Origin: Octopus vulgaris
Lineage: Eukaryota
Assembly (NCBI GenBank): GCA_951406725.2
Contig: OX597815.1
Coordinates: 84,320,001 to 84,384,000, forward strand
DNA: 64,000 nucleotides
Direction of reading: 5' to 3'
The position numbers and the translations under genes were made by a program. A model generated the notes under the pieces. That model did not search any database. It was not told where the DNA came from and saw only the letters and a list, made by a program, of their open reading frames with translations. The first letter of the stretch is position 1. Every line of letters starts with the position of its first letter. Below are positions 27,590 through 42,205 of the stretch, in pieces.

Positions 27590-28270
27590 GTATAGCCCGT
27601 GGTCCCAGTCTTGGATGAACCTTGAAGCTAATGTTCAGGTCGTTTGGGCAGTGCTGGCGGTAAAATCTCAACATCGTGCAAATGATGTACCGCTCGCGGC
27701 GGCGCTGGAGATAGTATAGTCTCAAGGCTTTAAGGTGGTTCTAGTAATCGAGGTCAGTCATGCCCTTAATTCGTCTAGGGAGTGCCCTCTGGGCTGATTC
27801 AAATTTCGAGATGTTTTGTTTTGTTTGGGGAGACCACAGGGAGCAGAAGTATTCAAGGTGTGGCCGTACAAAGGAGGAAAAAAGTCGAATGATGACACCT
27901 TGTTCTCTGGACCGGAAGATTCTTAAGACACAAGGGCTCATCCTACGAGGTACATTGACCTTATTGTTGATGTGGGCACGCCAACTGAGATTGTTAGCAA
28001 CAGTTGCTCGTAGGTCTCTGATATTATTAGAAGCTGTGAGCGGTTCCCCTGAAGGAGGAGATTATGGCTGTTTTAGTATAGTCTTTCTTCCAAAATGCAT
28101 CAATTCAAATTTTCCCTAATTTTGTTGCATTTTTTTTTTTACTGCCCATTGACTCACCGCATATAGATCAGATTGGATTTGAGTTTGGTCTTCTTCTTCA
28201 TTGATAATTTCCTGGAGCTTAGTGTCATCAGCAAATATTTTCATTTTGCAGTGTTTTACGGCGCTAGAAA
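27590..28270 (-). mobile_element. CR1/L2-group LINE RT fragment, pseudogenised
   Basis: KIFADDTKL...QSDLYAVSQW; LFSSFVRPHLEYFCSLWSP...FESAQR; LQRRRERYII...HCPNDLNISFKVHPRLGPRAIR. Confidence 0.9.
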
Positions 28271-28284
28271 AGCGTTTATCAATA

Positions 28285-29460
28285 TCTATAAAGCTGAAAT
28301 GCAAAAAAATTGTTTGTCTCATTTTGTGATTGGAACGGGTTAAGGGGCACTAGATGGGGTCGGATTGGCTCCAAAACTTACAGGGACATGTAAAAAGAGG
28401 TGCGGAAGTGAGTGGCCTAGGTTAGATATCTCAAAAGCTGTGGTTACTAGGGCAACCAAACCCACACTTTGACAAGTGTTTGTCCTTTCTCTCTTTCGCA
28501 TATCATCATCTCTTCCTCCATCTCTCTCTTTCCTTCCTTCCCTCCACGTCTCTCTATAACGACGTTTGACAACTTCACCGTCTCTCTGTCACTCTTTCTC
28601 GCACCACCTCTCTCACTGTACGTCTGTCAGTATCTATAGAGAGAAAGCGTTGACAGCCGCAAAAGTTTAAATATTCCCGCCACAGGTATCTTAGAACAGT
28701 GAATTATTACGTTGATACAAATTGGATTTTTATGTGAAAAGGGGTCTAAATGGGGCTGGAAGGGGATTAAAATTTACAGGAGGGGATGTTTAGGAATGCT
28801 CTCTTACATCAAGCTAAAAAATTTGCGCCAGCCTTTAAATCGTCAATGTGTTGCCGTCCGTCATGAAGAAGTTTTGAATGCCTGCCATGGTGAGTCTACT
28901 GTCGTGAGAAAGAATCACTTTAGAACTTGGTGTTTAGGAATTTTTTCTTTTTGATCAAGTGCAAAATTTTGCGCCAGCCGTTAAACTGCCAGTACGTTGC
29001 TGTCCGTCGTTAAGAAGATTTGAATGCCAGCCATGGTGAGTCTACTATCCTCAGATTCTATCTCTTCAAACTTTGGTTTCCAAAATATTAAAATTCTTAT
29101 TCAGCTCGCAAGTTCATCTGTCCCTTTTAAATGTTAGTGTTTTGCTGTCCGCCTTGAAGCAGACCTTTCCGTCGTCACTGCCTGATATTTATAATTGATT
29201 TTTGAAACTATTTTCTTTCTCAACTTACTCAAAATCTTTTGTTCTTTATAAATAATAGGAGAGAGATAAATAGAGAAAGATAGAGAGTAAAAGAAAGCGA
29301 GGGAGAGTCCGAGAGAAAGGAAGAGTAAGAGAGTGGGAAAGTGCGAGAGAAAGGAGATAGAAACAAAGCGGGGGAATGTGGTGATAAGAAACAGAAAGGA
29401 AGCAACAGGCAGTAACAACCACACCCTCACCCGCGCGTAGAGCGGGTCACCTTAAGCTAG
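28285..29460 (+). mobile_element. Non-autonomous Helitron
   Basis: The 5' end is A|TCTATAAAGCTGAA. The 3' end has a GC-rich hairpin acccgc-gcgtaga-gcgggt (29429-29447) 9 nt before CTAG|T. No TSD. Internal tandem duplication of about 145 bp period (about 28818-29080). Confidence 0.8.
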
Positions 29461-29619
29461 TATAGATTATAAAGATGAGTGGGCCGAAGACAGTCCCCCG
29501 AGGGACATTCCCAAAAAGTCAAAGAGAAAGCAACAAAGCGAAGATGTGGTACATACAAAGTATATATGTATGTGTGTGTGCGTGCGTGTGTTCGAGGATG
29601 TATGTGTGTCTGTGTGTGA

Positions 29620-29656
<37 letters not shown>

Positions 29657-29668
29657 TATATGTGTGAG

Positions 29669-29699
<31 letters not shown>

Positions 29700-30600
29700 G
29701 TGTGTGTGTGTGTGGGGGTTTATGTATATAGACAGACAGACTATAGTGACAAAGACAGAGAAGCAGGGTAATTTGTCCTTAAATAGGTACGTCATATTCT
29801 CAGGTATACGTACTTATACACACACATATGGTTGTATATATGTATGTATGTATATATATATACATATACATATATACATACACGAAGTGAGAAAGAGAGA
29901 GAGAAAAACAGGACTACGTAGTAGTTTCTTTAGCATTTAAATGATATATAAAATAGTAATTTTTAAAAATCATATTACTTTTCTATACATATATATCCTA
30001 AATACTATTACTTCTCTAATATCGCTAATATGTTTTGACATGTATATGTATGTATATTAGGATGGGTGTATGTGTGGGAGCTTTCACTCTACATATGAAT
30101 GTAGCTATATATCAAACATATAATAAAATTTTTAACACATTTCAGACCTGCAAATGCATTTCTGGTAGATTTTGTTTCGTAATTACGTATTTCTTTCTAA
30201 CCGCTTCCACACCAAATCAATGGAAATTTCGTTTGGAAAGAGTAAAATATGAGTTCAAAAGAATTCCATTTGCATAAATAGCTCTAATGAGGTTGTTTGT
30301 AATAATGACATCAGAGGGTTCCCAATGAATTAAACCAGGGACGCCTGACAATAATAATATATGAATATCATATAGTTTGTTTTCATTTGCATTACTCTTG
30401 ACACGCATTATATTCTATGGATGTCACCTACAGTCTACAGTCATGGTTATAAGTGTATGCACATTTGCTATATATAGAAATGAATGCGTGTATTAACAAA
30501 CGAAACATATAAGTAATTCAATAACTGTGTTATGTGTGTGTGTATGTATGTGTGTGTGTGTGTATGTGTGTGTGTGTGTGTGTGTGCTTGTGTGTATAAG

Positions 30601-31153
30601 GAAAAGAATCTGAAAATGCAGGAGTCATTTAAAAGTATGTATTAACGTTACCGGTTTACCTTATTTAAGAATAATTTCCAAAAGTAAAGTATGAGGCTTT
30701 GTGTATCTTCTGTGGTGTCAAAAATTAGGTTACATAAACGTAGTCAAATCAAGTGATTGAGTTTTTGACAATGAGAAGAAAAAAATTGAAGCTTTGTGCA
30801 TTCTCTGTGATGACTCAAAGGATAGCGTACATAAAAACATTCAGATCAGGTTACATAATTTTTTACAAAATTGATTTACAGATTAGGTAATAAGAAAATT
30901 TTATTACCTGATCTGAATGGAATTATGTAAACTATTCTTTGACTCATCATATAGGATACACAAAGCCTTAAACATTTCTTATCATTATCAAAGACTCTAT
31001 CACTTCATTTGAATATATTTGTGTAAATTGATTTTTGACACCACAGAGAATACACAAAGCCTCATACTTTATATCTGAAAATCTTTTTAAATAAGTGAAA
31101 CCGGTTAAGTTAATAAATTCTGTTAAAAACTCCTGCCTTTTCATATTCTTTTC
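30601..31153. repeat. Imperfect fold-back palindrome of about 550 bp, centred near 30896
   Basis: gaaaagaat...aaagtatgaggctttgtgtat...tgtggtgtcaaaaat...cagattaggtaataa mirrors ttattacctgatctg...atttttgacaccaca...atacacaaagcctcatacttt...attcttttc. Confidence 0.9.
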
Positions 31154-31719
31154 AATAAGTAGATAGATAGATAGATAGATAAAACTTATTTCGAAGAGGA
31201 TGCGTTGCGTTCAGTCATATAATAATATAACTAATATATATATGCATATATACATACGTATATGTACATACTTACATCTATACGTATATATATATATATA
31301 TATGCATATGTGGGTACAGGGCGTCGCGAAACGTGTACAACAAAAAATACGAAGTACGAGTTCATGAAATATGAAATATTTTTTCGAACAACGCAAGACA
31401 CAAATGGAAAACAAGACATAAAGAATGACCCTTCATCAGTTGTTGGCTGTTTTTTCTACTTTCGTATTTCAAGCATTTATCAACAATACACGCTTTCAAT
31501 AAAACAGTTGTGCCCGCAAAGCAAATTAAATAAAATTTGGGATCTTGTGGTGGTTCAAATATAGCCTGGTCGGCAACTGTTTTTTTAGCGTTCACCACTC
31601 TACCTTCATATATATGTAAGCATGTACATGTATGTGTGTATATATGCATATATATATATATTATTGATATTATAAAATATATGTATATATACATATGCAC
31701 ACATACACATATACATATA

Positions 31720-31947
31720 TATTTCTTTACTACCCACAAGGGGCTAAACACAGAGTGGTCCAACAAGGACAGACAAAGGGATTAAGTTGATTACATCGAT
31801 CCCAGTGAGTAACTGGTACTTAATTTATCGACCCCGAAAGGATGAAAGGTAAAGTCGACCTCGGCGGAATTTAAATTCGGAACGTAATAACGAAATACGG
31901 CTACGCATTTCGCCCGGCGTGCTAACGTTTCTGCCAGCTCGCCACCC
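31720..31947 (-). mobile_element. Near full-length tRNA-derived SINE (Nin-domain-like octopus family)
   Basis: The minus strand begins ggtggcgagctggcagaaacgttagcacgccgggcgaaatgc and has core gaggtcgactttacctttcatcctttcggggtcgataaattaagtaccag. Confidence 0.9.
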
Positions 31948-32485
31948 TATACACATATACATACATATCTACATATATATATGCACACACACATATATAT
32001 GCATGTATGTATGTATGTATGTATGTATGTATGTATGTATGTATGTATGTATGTATGTATGTATGTATGAATGTATGTATGAATGTGTGTATGTATGTAT
32101 GTATGTATGTATGTATGTATGTATGTATCTATGAATGTATGTATATACATATACGCTTACGCCATAAGAATTTATAAACTTTCGAGAGATGATAGAACAA
32201 TTCCGTTTTGCAATTGGATCTCTTATGTAAGTGCATATAAAGCTATAAATAACTAAAGAGCAGCATATAAACATTCGGGTGAACACCTCTTACGGAAAGA
32301 AAGTGTCAAAGCTTACAGATCTTTTCTATCCAAAAAGAACACATACTATTAATTACAACTTTATTTCTATTTTGATATTCAATTCCAAAAGAAAAACTAA
32401 AGTATTTATATATATATATATCTATGATTTTATGCATTACTTAGTAATCATTTATAAACACGAAGATTAATACCCGTATATATGC

Positions 32486-32557
<72 letters not shown>

Positions 32558-32725
32558 GTGTGTGTGTATGTATGTATGTATGTATGTGTGTGTATTTGTG
32601 AGTGTGTATATGCGTGTGTGTGCGTGTGTGGGTGTACATATGTATATACATATATGTATATGAATATATTTATATATATATGTATATGTATCTATATACA
32701 TTTGTCTGTATATATATATGTTTAC

Positions 32726-32788
<63 letters not shown>

Positions 32789-34020
32789 TATATACATATA
32801 TATGTTTTTGTATGAGTTTAAAGATGGTGGTATGAGCAATCAACAGAATATTCAGCAGGATCTTAACTGAATGTTGCTCACGCAGGGTTTCTATAATTTC
32901 ACCTTACACTGCACTTCAACATACTTATTTTTCTGAATGTTGTTATCGCTATAAACTTTCTACACTTTATATTTTTTCTTTTCGCTGAATTACCTCTATT
33001 GAAGTACAATCCAGTCTCAGTTTCCATTTTCTTCTTACTTTTATTTTTCTCTTTCTTTTTTTAAATAGTTAATTAAAAATTCATAAGTTTATTCCTGATT
33101 ATTCTTGCTGTGCTCAGTCAGAAAATCACCATCATGAAATACACTGAAATTTTAATATTAAGTTCGCTTTTTATTTATCGCCAAAGAAGAAGCATGTTCC
33201 GTTCATTGCTAAAGGGCTGTAAGGAATAGACATGATATTGTATGATAGGCGTATGAATGTTGAACTGGTTAATGTTTCCTTTGACCATCGCTTGCTTCGT
33301 TGCAGATATAGGAACAATACAAGCAAGAGAAAATGAAAGGAACATGTAAACAACATGTACATGAAGATTATGATGAAACTTTGTTGCGTTGTGGAGAGAT
33401 TTAGTGCAGTATTTAGAAGTGGGAAAAGATACAGAACAAAAAGTAGGAAGAGAGGTTAGTGCATCGATTGATTTCTGCATTTTTCTCCCCATAAATTTCC
33501 ATTAAAAATCAATTTACTTACTTGCGCAATTTTATTTCTAACAGTTCGATAAAACACAAAATTTATTTTATATAACCTCATAAAAGACGTGATACATACA
33601 TACATGCATGCATACATAGATACATACATACGTGCGCACGTACGTACGTACATATGCATGAATATATGTACATAGAGAGAGAGAGAGAGGTACGGAGAGA
33701 GAGAGAGGAAAAGATACATATAGTTTAAATATTCAGGATGTTTAAACATCTCTGACATAAAGCACAGTAGACATGCTGTTTTGTGTAGTATGGTTGCTCA
33801 TGTACAATAAAATTATGTGCATCTCTTCTCATCTGTTTTGCAATCCAATTAATATCAAGTGTACACACACTCACACACACATGCGCATATAATAGGTGAG
33901 AATCCATTTATATAATATATATACACATATGTATTATTTTATTTTATTTTATTTTATCTAGTTTCAGCTCACGAGCTGTGGCCATGCTGGGGCACCGCCA
34001 TTTGTATATATATATGCATG

Positions 34021-34075
<55 letters not shown>

Positions 34076-34099
34076 TGCATGTATGTATGGTTTATTATG

Positions 34100-35700
34100 T
34101 GGTTAAAAATACATTAGCATCAGCTATGCCGTGAAAGTTGCTCATTGGTGCATTGCGAATTTTTTCATGATAATACCTAAATTGTTTGTATGACGTTCGG
34201 TCTTTTAATGTGCTCACATGATTTCTATATAGAGAAACCACCACAAAGATTTTTTTTATTTCGAAATGCTGAAGAAAGTGCCAGTGCTGATATTGATGAC
34301 CCTCCGGTGGTCAACCCTGCATGCAGATTGTACTATTGATATTGTAAATCTTACTCTGGTTCCTTCGTGTTTTCGATGTTTTTGGTATAAATGTTTGTTA
34401 TTTCTAGCTCTGATGCTTTTGTGTTTTTGAGTCGATGTTTGAGAAGTGTTTGGTAGTGAATCTTGATGTAGTAGAGCGGCTATATTACTTGAGTTTCTTA
34501 TGGTGATATGCGGTGCGGTTACCCCTCTTTGATGGTGTTAATACTGCTAATTACTTAACCCTACGTTCTGATTTATGATAGATATAAAATGTTTGCCGCC
34601 TTTTAAATTTTCTAGGACTTCCCTATTCAATCGTTTTCATGTGGGTTTTATGTCGGCTCTGTATGACTTTAGTGTATTGTGTTTAGTATTGTATCTTGTA
34701 TTTATAAGTTTGTATTTTGTATGTTGCCTTCTAAGACATCCGTTTTAGATGCGTGTATGTGTATTTTGTTGAATGCATGTAGTGTAGTGACTGTGTTGGT
34801 AACCTTTGTTCAATTCAGAAAACATTTGTTCTATTGCCTGTGGAAGTCCTTCAATTTTGCTTTTGTAAGATATTTATGGCATTCTATATTAATATGCGTG
34901 TGTTTTATTATTATAGATATTAGAAAACGATCTGAAGGAATATTGCAAATTCTTTACAAATCACCTGTGATAACTAGGCGCACGGAACAGAAAACTTTCT
35001 TTGAGAATGAATCATTGAGAATGAATGTTTGTCGTATGTCATTTAGGATGTAAATGGCGTCCAGTTCCAATGATATTTTGTCAGTTCTCTTGATTTCTGT
35101 GTCATCAGAAAACAAGGCCCTTGAGCTCTCTCCCAGAAAGGGGTGTTCGTGAGGCAACTGAAGATTTCAGATTGTGGCATGTTACCTCACTGGAAAATTA
35201 TCGGTTAAAGATTGTGTTATTGATTTGTTTTCTTTTTTATATTTTGATTTCCTATACCAAATCAATGATTTTATAGATGTCATAAAACAAACACCATCCT
35301 CGGGTAACTCTAATCGTTCAATTGGTGTATTATATAGAATGGAGAGTTTTCTTCCAAATGGATTTATATACGTTTCTTGATTTATTATTATCTGTACATT
35401 CTGCGAGAAAACAGCTACTTTAATTCCAAAATGTTCTTTAATGCTGTTTGTGTTGTATAATTTTTTTAGCATTTTTGTGTCTTGCTTACTAATTATACTT
35501 GTACCGGTATGTGTATATATGTAAGTGAGATGCGGGTATTTTAAAATGAATTTTGTGCGAAGTTCTTTTCGGATTGACACAATAATTCCCATCGATGTCA
35601 TCGGCCTTATTATTCTTATTTTCATTGAAAATATGTTCCAGTTTTTTCGTGTTTATTGATTGATTTTATTTCCTTGTTTGTTAGTCAAACGTTTTGCGGG
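34100..35700 (-). mobile_element. Heavily decayed Penelope-like RT (possibly with GIY-YIG remnant)
   Basis: Ordered weak motifs: IIRPMTS (about PLRPIVS), PFGRKLS (about PMGSPLS), LIWYR (about W.RYVDD), LFSDDTEIKR (about LPFLD..I.R), LNKGYQ (about NGYP). Confidence 0.45.
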
Positions 35701-36751
35701 AAGGAGCATAAGGGTCGATAAGACGCTGAGATTTCGGTTCTGTCATTCTAACGCGCCATCAAATGTTATGAGATAATTTCTTGAATGTTGAACTACCCAT
35801 TTTTTACTGGAATTGTAGTCTTTTTTCCTTGCATATTATATTTAGTATAATTTTATCCCAAATATTCTAGCTAGTTTGAAGATAATGGTGTAATTTTAAG
35901 GAAGATTTCGTAGCAATTCCGTGCAGAAACAGCGTAGCTTGCTTAAGATATGTCAATGATCTCTGATTATTAGCAAAACTGCAAGATTTCATACACTGGA
36001 AAGATAAAATCAGAAATACAAAAAACAAACAAATACGCACGCTTAAACAACATCTAGGAAATTGTAAAGAAAACGAATGATAGTTACGCTAGCTTTCATT
36101 AAATACTTCTGAGTTAAATAAATTCACAAATATTTCTTTTCTCTTTTCGAAAACTTGCGAAAAATTATTAAAAATTAAATTAGCTTTTCTATTTCATATA
36201 TTTGATTGCATTTACTAGTAATTTTCATATTTTATTTATATGCTTTTGCGACAAATAAATTACATTTTGACCCACATTTGATAAAATTTCATTAATATTT
36301 TTCTAAAATATATATATTCGACAAGTCGACAACGTAATTAAATATAAAGTTTAACAGTCGATACGAGATAATTGGGTTGTAATTATGTTAAAAGGTTCCT
36401 ATACCAAATCAATGATTTTATAAAAGCCATAAAACAAACATCTTGATGTATTATAAAGAATTGAGGGTTTTCTTCCAAATGGACTTATATACGTTTCTTG
36501 ATTTATTATTACCTGTACATTCCGCGTCTCTTAAGTGAAGGAAAATACGAAAAAATGTAAAAAAAATTTTTCGTTTGCACTACGTCTTTAAATTGATCTT
36601 TTTACCATATTAGTTCGATCAGTGTAAATTTCTCATTATTAAAGGACAAAATTGTGTTCAATTTCCTTTGTATGCGCTTATATCTATACATAACAACATA
36701 TTATAACAATCTCTCTCTCTCTATATATATATATATATGTTCATATATATA

Positions 36752-36808
<57 letters not shown>

Positions 36809-38040
36809 GTATACAGACACATACACAAACACTCGCATACGTACACATAGGTGTATATATATATATAGGTGTGTGCGTGTGTGTGTGTGCGTGGTAAATC
36901 ATATACACATATGTTTCTGAAAGCCCAATTCGAATATTGATGTCTCGATTTCGTAGGGTGGTTTTTGCTTTATTGTTTGCGTTGTTTATTTTCATTTGAT
37001 AACTTGCGTGATAAAAATTATAAAAATACAAATTGCTGACTCTAAATAAATTTTGTTGTTGTTGTTGTTCTAAAAATATTAGATAATTAGCAGATATTAT
37101 ATCAAGTGGGTTAATTTTATTATTGCTGATATTTAGAAATTAACTGAATTAAGTATTCCAATATAATCTCCTCGGCGTAAGAGATAAATTTTCCAATAAA
37201 TGTAATATTTTATCTCCTCCTAGCATAAGATATGGCAAATTATAAGACAATGTTATGAGTAAATTAAACTACATGATTTATATTACATAACTGAATTATG
37301 AAGTATTGGTTCGTTATACGGACAAAAGCAAGCAGACAATAATTATAGCGGAATGAAGGAAAATGATATTCAGTGACAATTTTGATTTTGTCGAGATCGC
37401 TGGTAGTAAGATGAAAAACATAAAGAAACATATGTAACCATGAATAGAAAAGTGTCATGATACTAACGAAATTTGATCTATATTGTACCGTACTTGCTTA
37501 AATCATTAATAATCTTGTTATTTCAATTCATATCACTGACAAAAGGTCACACAGTTTTGTGTTTTTTGTGTGAATGCTTAATCGATTAAATCAATACTGT
37601 TTTTGTTTTTTCTTACGATCTGATAAAAAGACAAATCAGACATCAGGTGCATATCAATTCAGAATAGTAAGGGACAAAATAGACATGTCGCTCATAATTT
37701 AATCTTGTTGCTATGGCAGAATGGCATAGCAATACTTTGATGATGTATTGGCATCACTAAAACGGCAAAATAGCTCTACAAATGACTTCAACGCTAGAAA
37801 CAAATCCCTGTGATGAATGTCTAGTTATTCATTTCCCTGTTATTGCTAATCTAAATCTCTTACGCACACAAATACACACACGCGCGCGTGTGTGTGTTCG
37901 TGTGTATGTGTGTGCGTGTGTGTGTGTGTGTGTGTATAAAATAAAATGTCTCCTTCTCGGATCATGTCAGGTTTATAAGGGCCGGTTTCCCAGTTTCAGT
38001 GGCGTATATATACTCGAACTGGACGAGAGGCCGATCTGTC

Positions 38041-38094
<54 letters not shown>

Positions 38095-38099
<5 letters not shown>

Positions 38100-38320
38100 T
38101 AATCCAAACATGAAAACACAAAGACAAAATACAACAACCCGAGGACGTGGAGCAAGTATAGTGTTATTGGACGCCCAGGAAAGGAAAGGAAAGAGGGAAG
38201 GAGGAGTTAACGTTTCGAGAGGAGCTCTTCGTCAGAAACATAGGAAAAGGAAAGGTCCAATGAAGGGAAGATGGGGAAAGAAAATCGCCAACGATACACA
38301 CGCGGTCACATATACGGTCA
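38095..38320 (-). mobile_element. Short HHR-bearing non-autonomous element inserted in (TA)n
   Basis: Minus strand 38240-38206: tgttt-CTGACGA-agagctcctctc-GAAAC-GTT-aac. (TA)n lies on both sides. Confidence 0.7.
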
Positions 38321-39485
38321 TATATATATAATATATTATATTTATTATTTAAAAGACACAATAAATATATTAAAGCGCGACAATTAGTTTCCTATGTTGA
38401 GAAAGTCAAACATATTCTCCAGGCGCAAAAAGCATATCATCACAAACTAAAAAAATTGAATTACAGAAGAAACGCGAAAAATACTAATAAGGCGGCTTAT
38501 AGAAAACGCAGAAAGTAAACAAAGGAAAACAAAACACGGAAAACGGAAAGCGAAAACACAAAAATAAATGTAAAAATTATATATCTATCTCACACCACAT
38601 GGAATAATTTTTTGTTGAATTTTCTACATATATATTTGAAGTTACTGTCAACCTTTCTCTTTTAAGAAAAATATATTTAATATTTTACTTTAAAATATCG
38701 ATTGATTAATCAGTTAATGCCTGATTCTTTCATCATATATGTAAATATATACATAAAAATATTATTATATACATTCAGAACGCGCATATGATGTGTGTGT
38801 ATGTGTGTGTATTTGTATGGCTATAGGCTGGGACTGAGAGAGAACAGTGAGAGAGAATAGCGGGGAACGTTTTATTTTGAAGGAATGTATGCTTGGACTT
38901 CTGTGTGCACTTTTATTTGGAACTCTGTGCATGTGTGGGTGGAAGTGTGCGCGCGTATTATTGGGAGAGAGAGAGCATGTGTTCATTTATATGTTCTATA
39001 CATACTTCAAAACGTGTATAACTATTCATAAACCCCCATACACATTTCTCTTGAAAATACAATATAAAGACCAACTACTGAAAATTATCGAATGAATACA
39101 GTTAAATAAACGTTACAAAAAGTTGTTAATGTCATATTTTAGACTTCGTAATCACTGTAGGTCTCTAGGGCTCTGTAGGAGATATTCTGCCATGTAAAGA
39201 GGATTGGAAGCTGTAACTTCAAAGAAATCAGCAATTTTTTGATCCCGGCGCTGTTATTTCGGATATGGACGTAGGGGGAAGAGAGCATGACGTAATCATC
39301 TATTCTATTCTTATACAATATAACTCATCAAAATCTTCTGTTTGTTCATTGGCTAACGGGTAAGTATAGAATACTTGCATACGTAAATTATACAAGTCCT
39401 TTTAGGCATTCATAAATATATACAAACACACTAAATAGTCTGGAGATACCTGCTTTGTATATGTACGTGTACACGTGTGAATGTG

Positions 39486-39525
<40 letters not shown>

Positions 39526-39671
39526 CATATATATCCAAAACGCGCAAAGATTTTTGATGCACATAATGTACATCGACGCTGACAAATACAGGCAGACGAG
39601 CACCCTCACAAGCACAGATAAAAACATATGTATACGCATATACATACACACACACGCACACACACACACGA

Positions 39672-39796
<125 letters not shown>

Positions 39797-40434
39797 CATA
39801 CATACATATATACATATATGCACGCGCATGCATATATATATATAAACGCATACACTCACCCACGCTCTAGCGCGCACACTGTGTGTGTATGCGTATATAT
39901 TTATATCTGTATATATCCGTATGTATGTGTGTACGTATGTATGTATACTTGTTTTATTAATAAGTCTATGTTTATATGTATGTATGTATGTGCGGGCGTA
40001 TGCGTGTATTCCATTACATACCGTTCTCTTTCGTTACAAACCTGAGCAAAGCTGTCAGAATGTAGTTTATTCTATCCCAATAAAGAACTTATTATATACT
40101 ATTGTAGAGGTAATGGTTTTCCAAATTCTATGTTTCGATATGAATAGCCTCAGATTTGTAGGTTAGCGAACAATGAACTGAGGGTGCAATTTGTGCATTT
40201 AAAGCTGTTTCTATCATAGAAAATATAATAATTTCTTTGGAATATTAACTTATTCAATTCATTTTATTGGTCATGCCATATATATTGATTTCATAAACAC
40301 TTTTAAGATATGTGGTTGTATTTGTGCGTATGCGTGTGCGTATATAAATATAAATATATATACATATATATATATATATACATATACACACACAGATTAT
40401 ATATATACACATATATATATATACGTATATATGT

Positions 40435-40484
<50 letters not shown>

Positions 40485-40533
40485 ATACATATATATGTAT
40501 ATATATATATGTGTGTGTGTATACATACATATG

Positions 40534-40589
<56 letters not shown>

Positions 40590-41329
40590 CATACATATAT
40601 ATATATACATATACATTATATATATATATATATAAAGTTGCGGCCAAAATGTTCAGAACGGCATTGTTTTCGTCAGAAAAGTAAGTATAAGTTTTTATCA
40701 AAGTTGTTTTATATTCTATAATTTTCACAGACAATACATACAATATTATTTGTTATTGTCTGAGATTTTGGTGTAATTGGAGAGGATAATACAAAAGTTA
40801 TGGATGATTTAGTGATTTACTGTAAAACCCATGGCACCCAAAATGATCAGAACGGTTGCTTTTACTCCGTGTTTTAGTATATTTAACCGGCGAACTCTAA
40901 TGTTTTGAATTTGTTTACGTGACGGTTCGTTTACTAAACATTAGTAAGAATATTTGCAGTGTACTTTGTTAATATAATGCCACTTACTCCGTTACCAATT
41001 CGTCAGCAGAAGGCTTTTAGTCGAACAAATCGACCTCACGACTCATTTCTTTAGAGCCTAAATTCACTAACACCGGTTGCCAGACAGTGATGGCTGGGAG
41101 AAAGAAACACACACACACACACACACGCACACACATGTTACCAATCATGTTACCAAATTAACCAGCATTCTTCTTGCAGACCTGATGAGGTAGGGTGCTA
41201 TTCTTGTTCACTAAAATTTTATCCTATCATGCCTGTATTAATTTTGTGATTCTTCGGTAACTTAGAATTATTTTGACTTCTATTTTTAGTGATGTAGATG
41301 CTCATGTAGTATCCTTGTGTGTATATATA

Positions 41330-41760
41330 TATAACTTAGAATAACTTAGAAAGGTTTTTGGCCAGTATTGGCCCAGGCCATGTCTAACTTAATAGCACCA
41401 CCTGGCGAAGTCTTTCAGTTCAGGATTTGGGCACCAAGGCCCATTCGAGCAGAGAGTTATTGTTTGCGGAGACATATCCGGGTGTGGGTGGTTTGTCCGG
41501 TACTGTTTGAAGGAATTTGTCCAAAGACTTCTTGAATTTTGTGTGGTCAGTTTCTTTTTTGACGTGTCCTGGTGTAATGTTGAAGAGAGCGGGTCCAATT
41601 GAGGTGAAATAGTTGTGCCGTATTGTCGTTATGTGATGCGATTTAGATTTTTGTTGTGGACGGATGGCACGTGGTCCAAGCCTTGGATGCATTTTGAAGG
41701 TGATGCCAACATCATTCGGACAGTGCTGATGGAATATTTTCCACATCATACAGATAATGT
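41330..41760 (-). mobile_element. CR1/L2-group LINE 3' end (related to 27590-28270)
   Basis: ORF 41420-41749 reads HCPNDVGITFKMHPRLGPRAIR...GPALFNITP...FKKSLDKFLQTVPDKP...NNNSLLEW, followed by a short UTR and a tctaagttat tandem tail. Confidence 0.88.
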
Positions 41761-41783
41761 ATATATATATATCTTATTTATAT

Positions 41784-42205
41784 AAACATTATGATACTAG
41801 AAAGTACCAGGTTTGATAGAAATAGGAGTTAGAGGAACTCCGAAGCCGCAGAAAGGTCACTGAAAATAATCATGGGAAAGCGGGCGGTGAATAAATATTA
41901 TAGCCCCTACCTTTGCAAAGGCTGCAAAAGAAATGGCAGATAACTTAGTATCGATTTCTGGCTCTGTGCTAAAAACAAACACTCATCCCTCCTCAGTTAT
42001 GTTTGCTAAAACAAAAAGCCAAATTTAAATACTTTCTTCTCAGCTATGCTTGCGTGTTCGTGTGAAGTCCCAAGGCACACTCAGAAACGAACTAGGCGAA
42101 TAATCTATAAATATATAAGGATATTATTATTAATAATAAGTAATAATATTAGAGGCAATCCAATTATTTCTAGCAAAGCTGGTACTTTCTAGCACCATAA
42201 TGTTT
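41784..42205. mobile_element. Segment bounded by about 41-bp inverted repeats (MITE-like, or inverted end of a longer repeat)
   Basis: aaacattatgatactagaaagtaccaggtttgatagaaata (41784-41824) versus tatttctagcaaagctggtactttctagcaccataatgttt (42165-42205), 4 mismatches. Confidence 0.65.

Noticed and set aside
39240-39370. Promoter-like cluster (TGACGTAA, ATTGG, GGTAAGT donor)
   Set aside because: Short motifs like these are expected by chance in 64 kb, and there are no linked exons.
41181-41200. CTGATGAG motif (also at 26409)
   Set aside because: No downstream stem II-GAAA-NUH arrangement; a chance heptamer.
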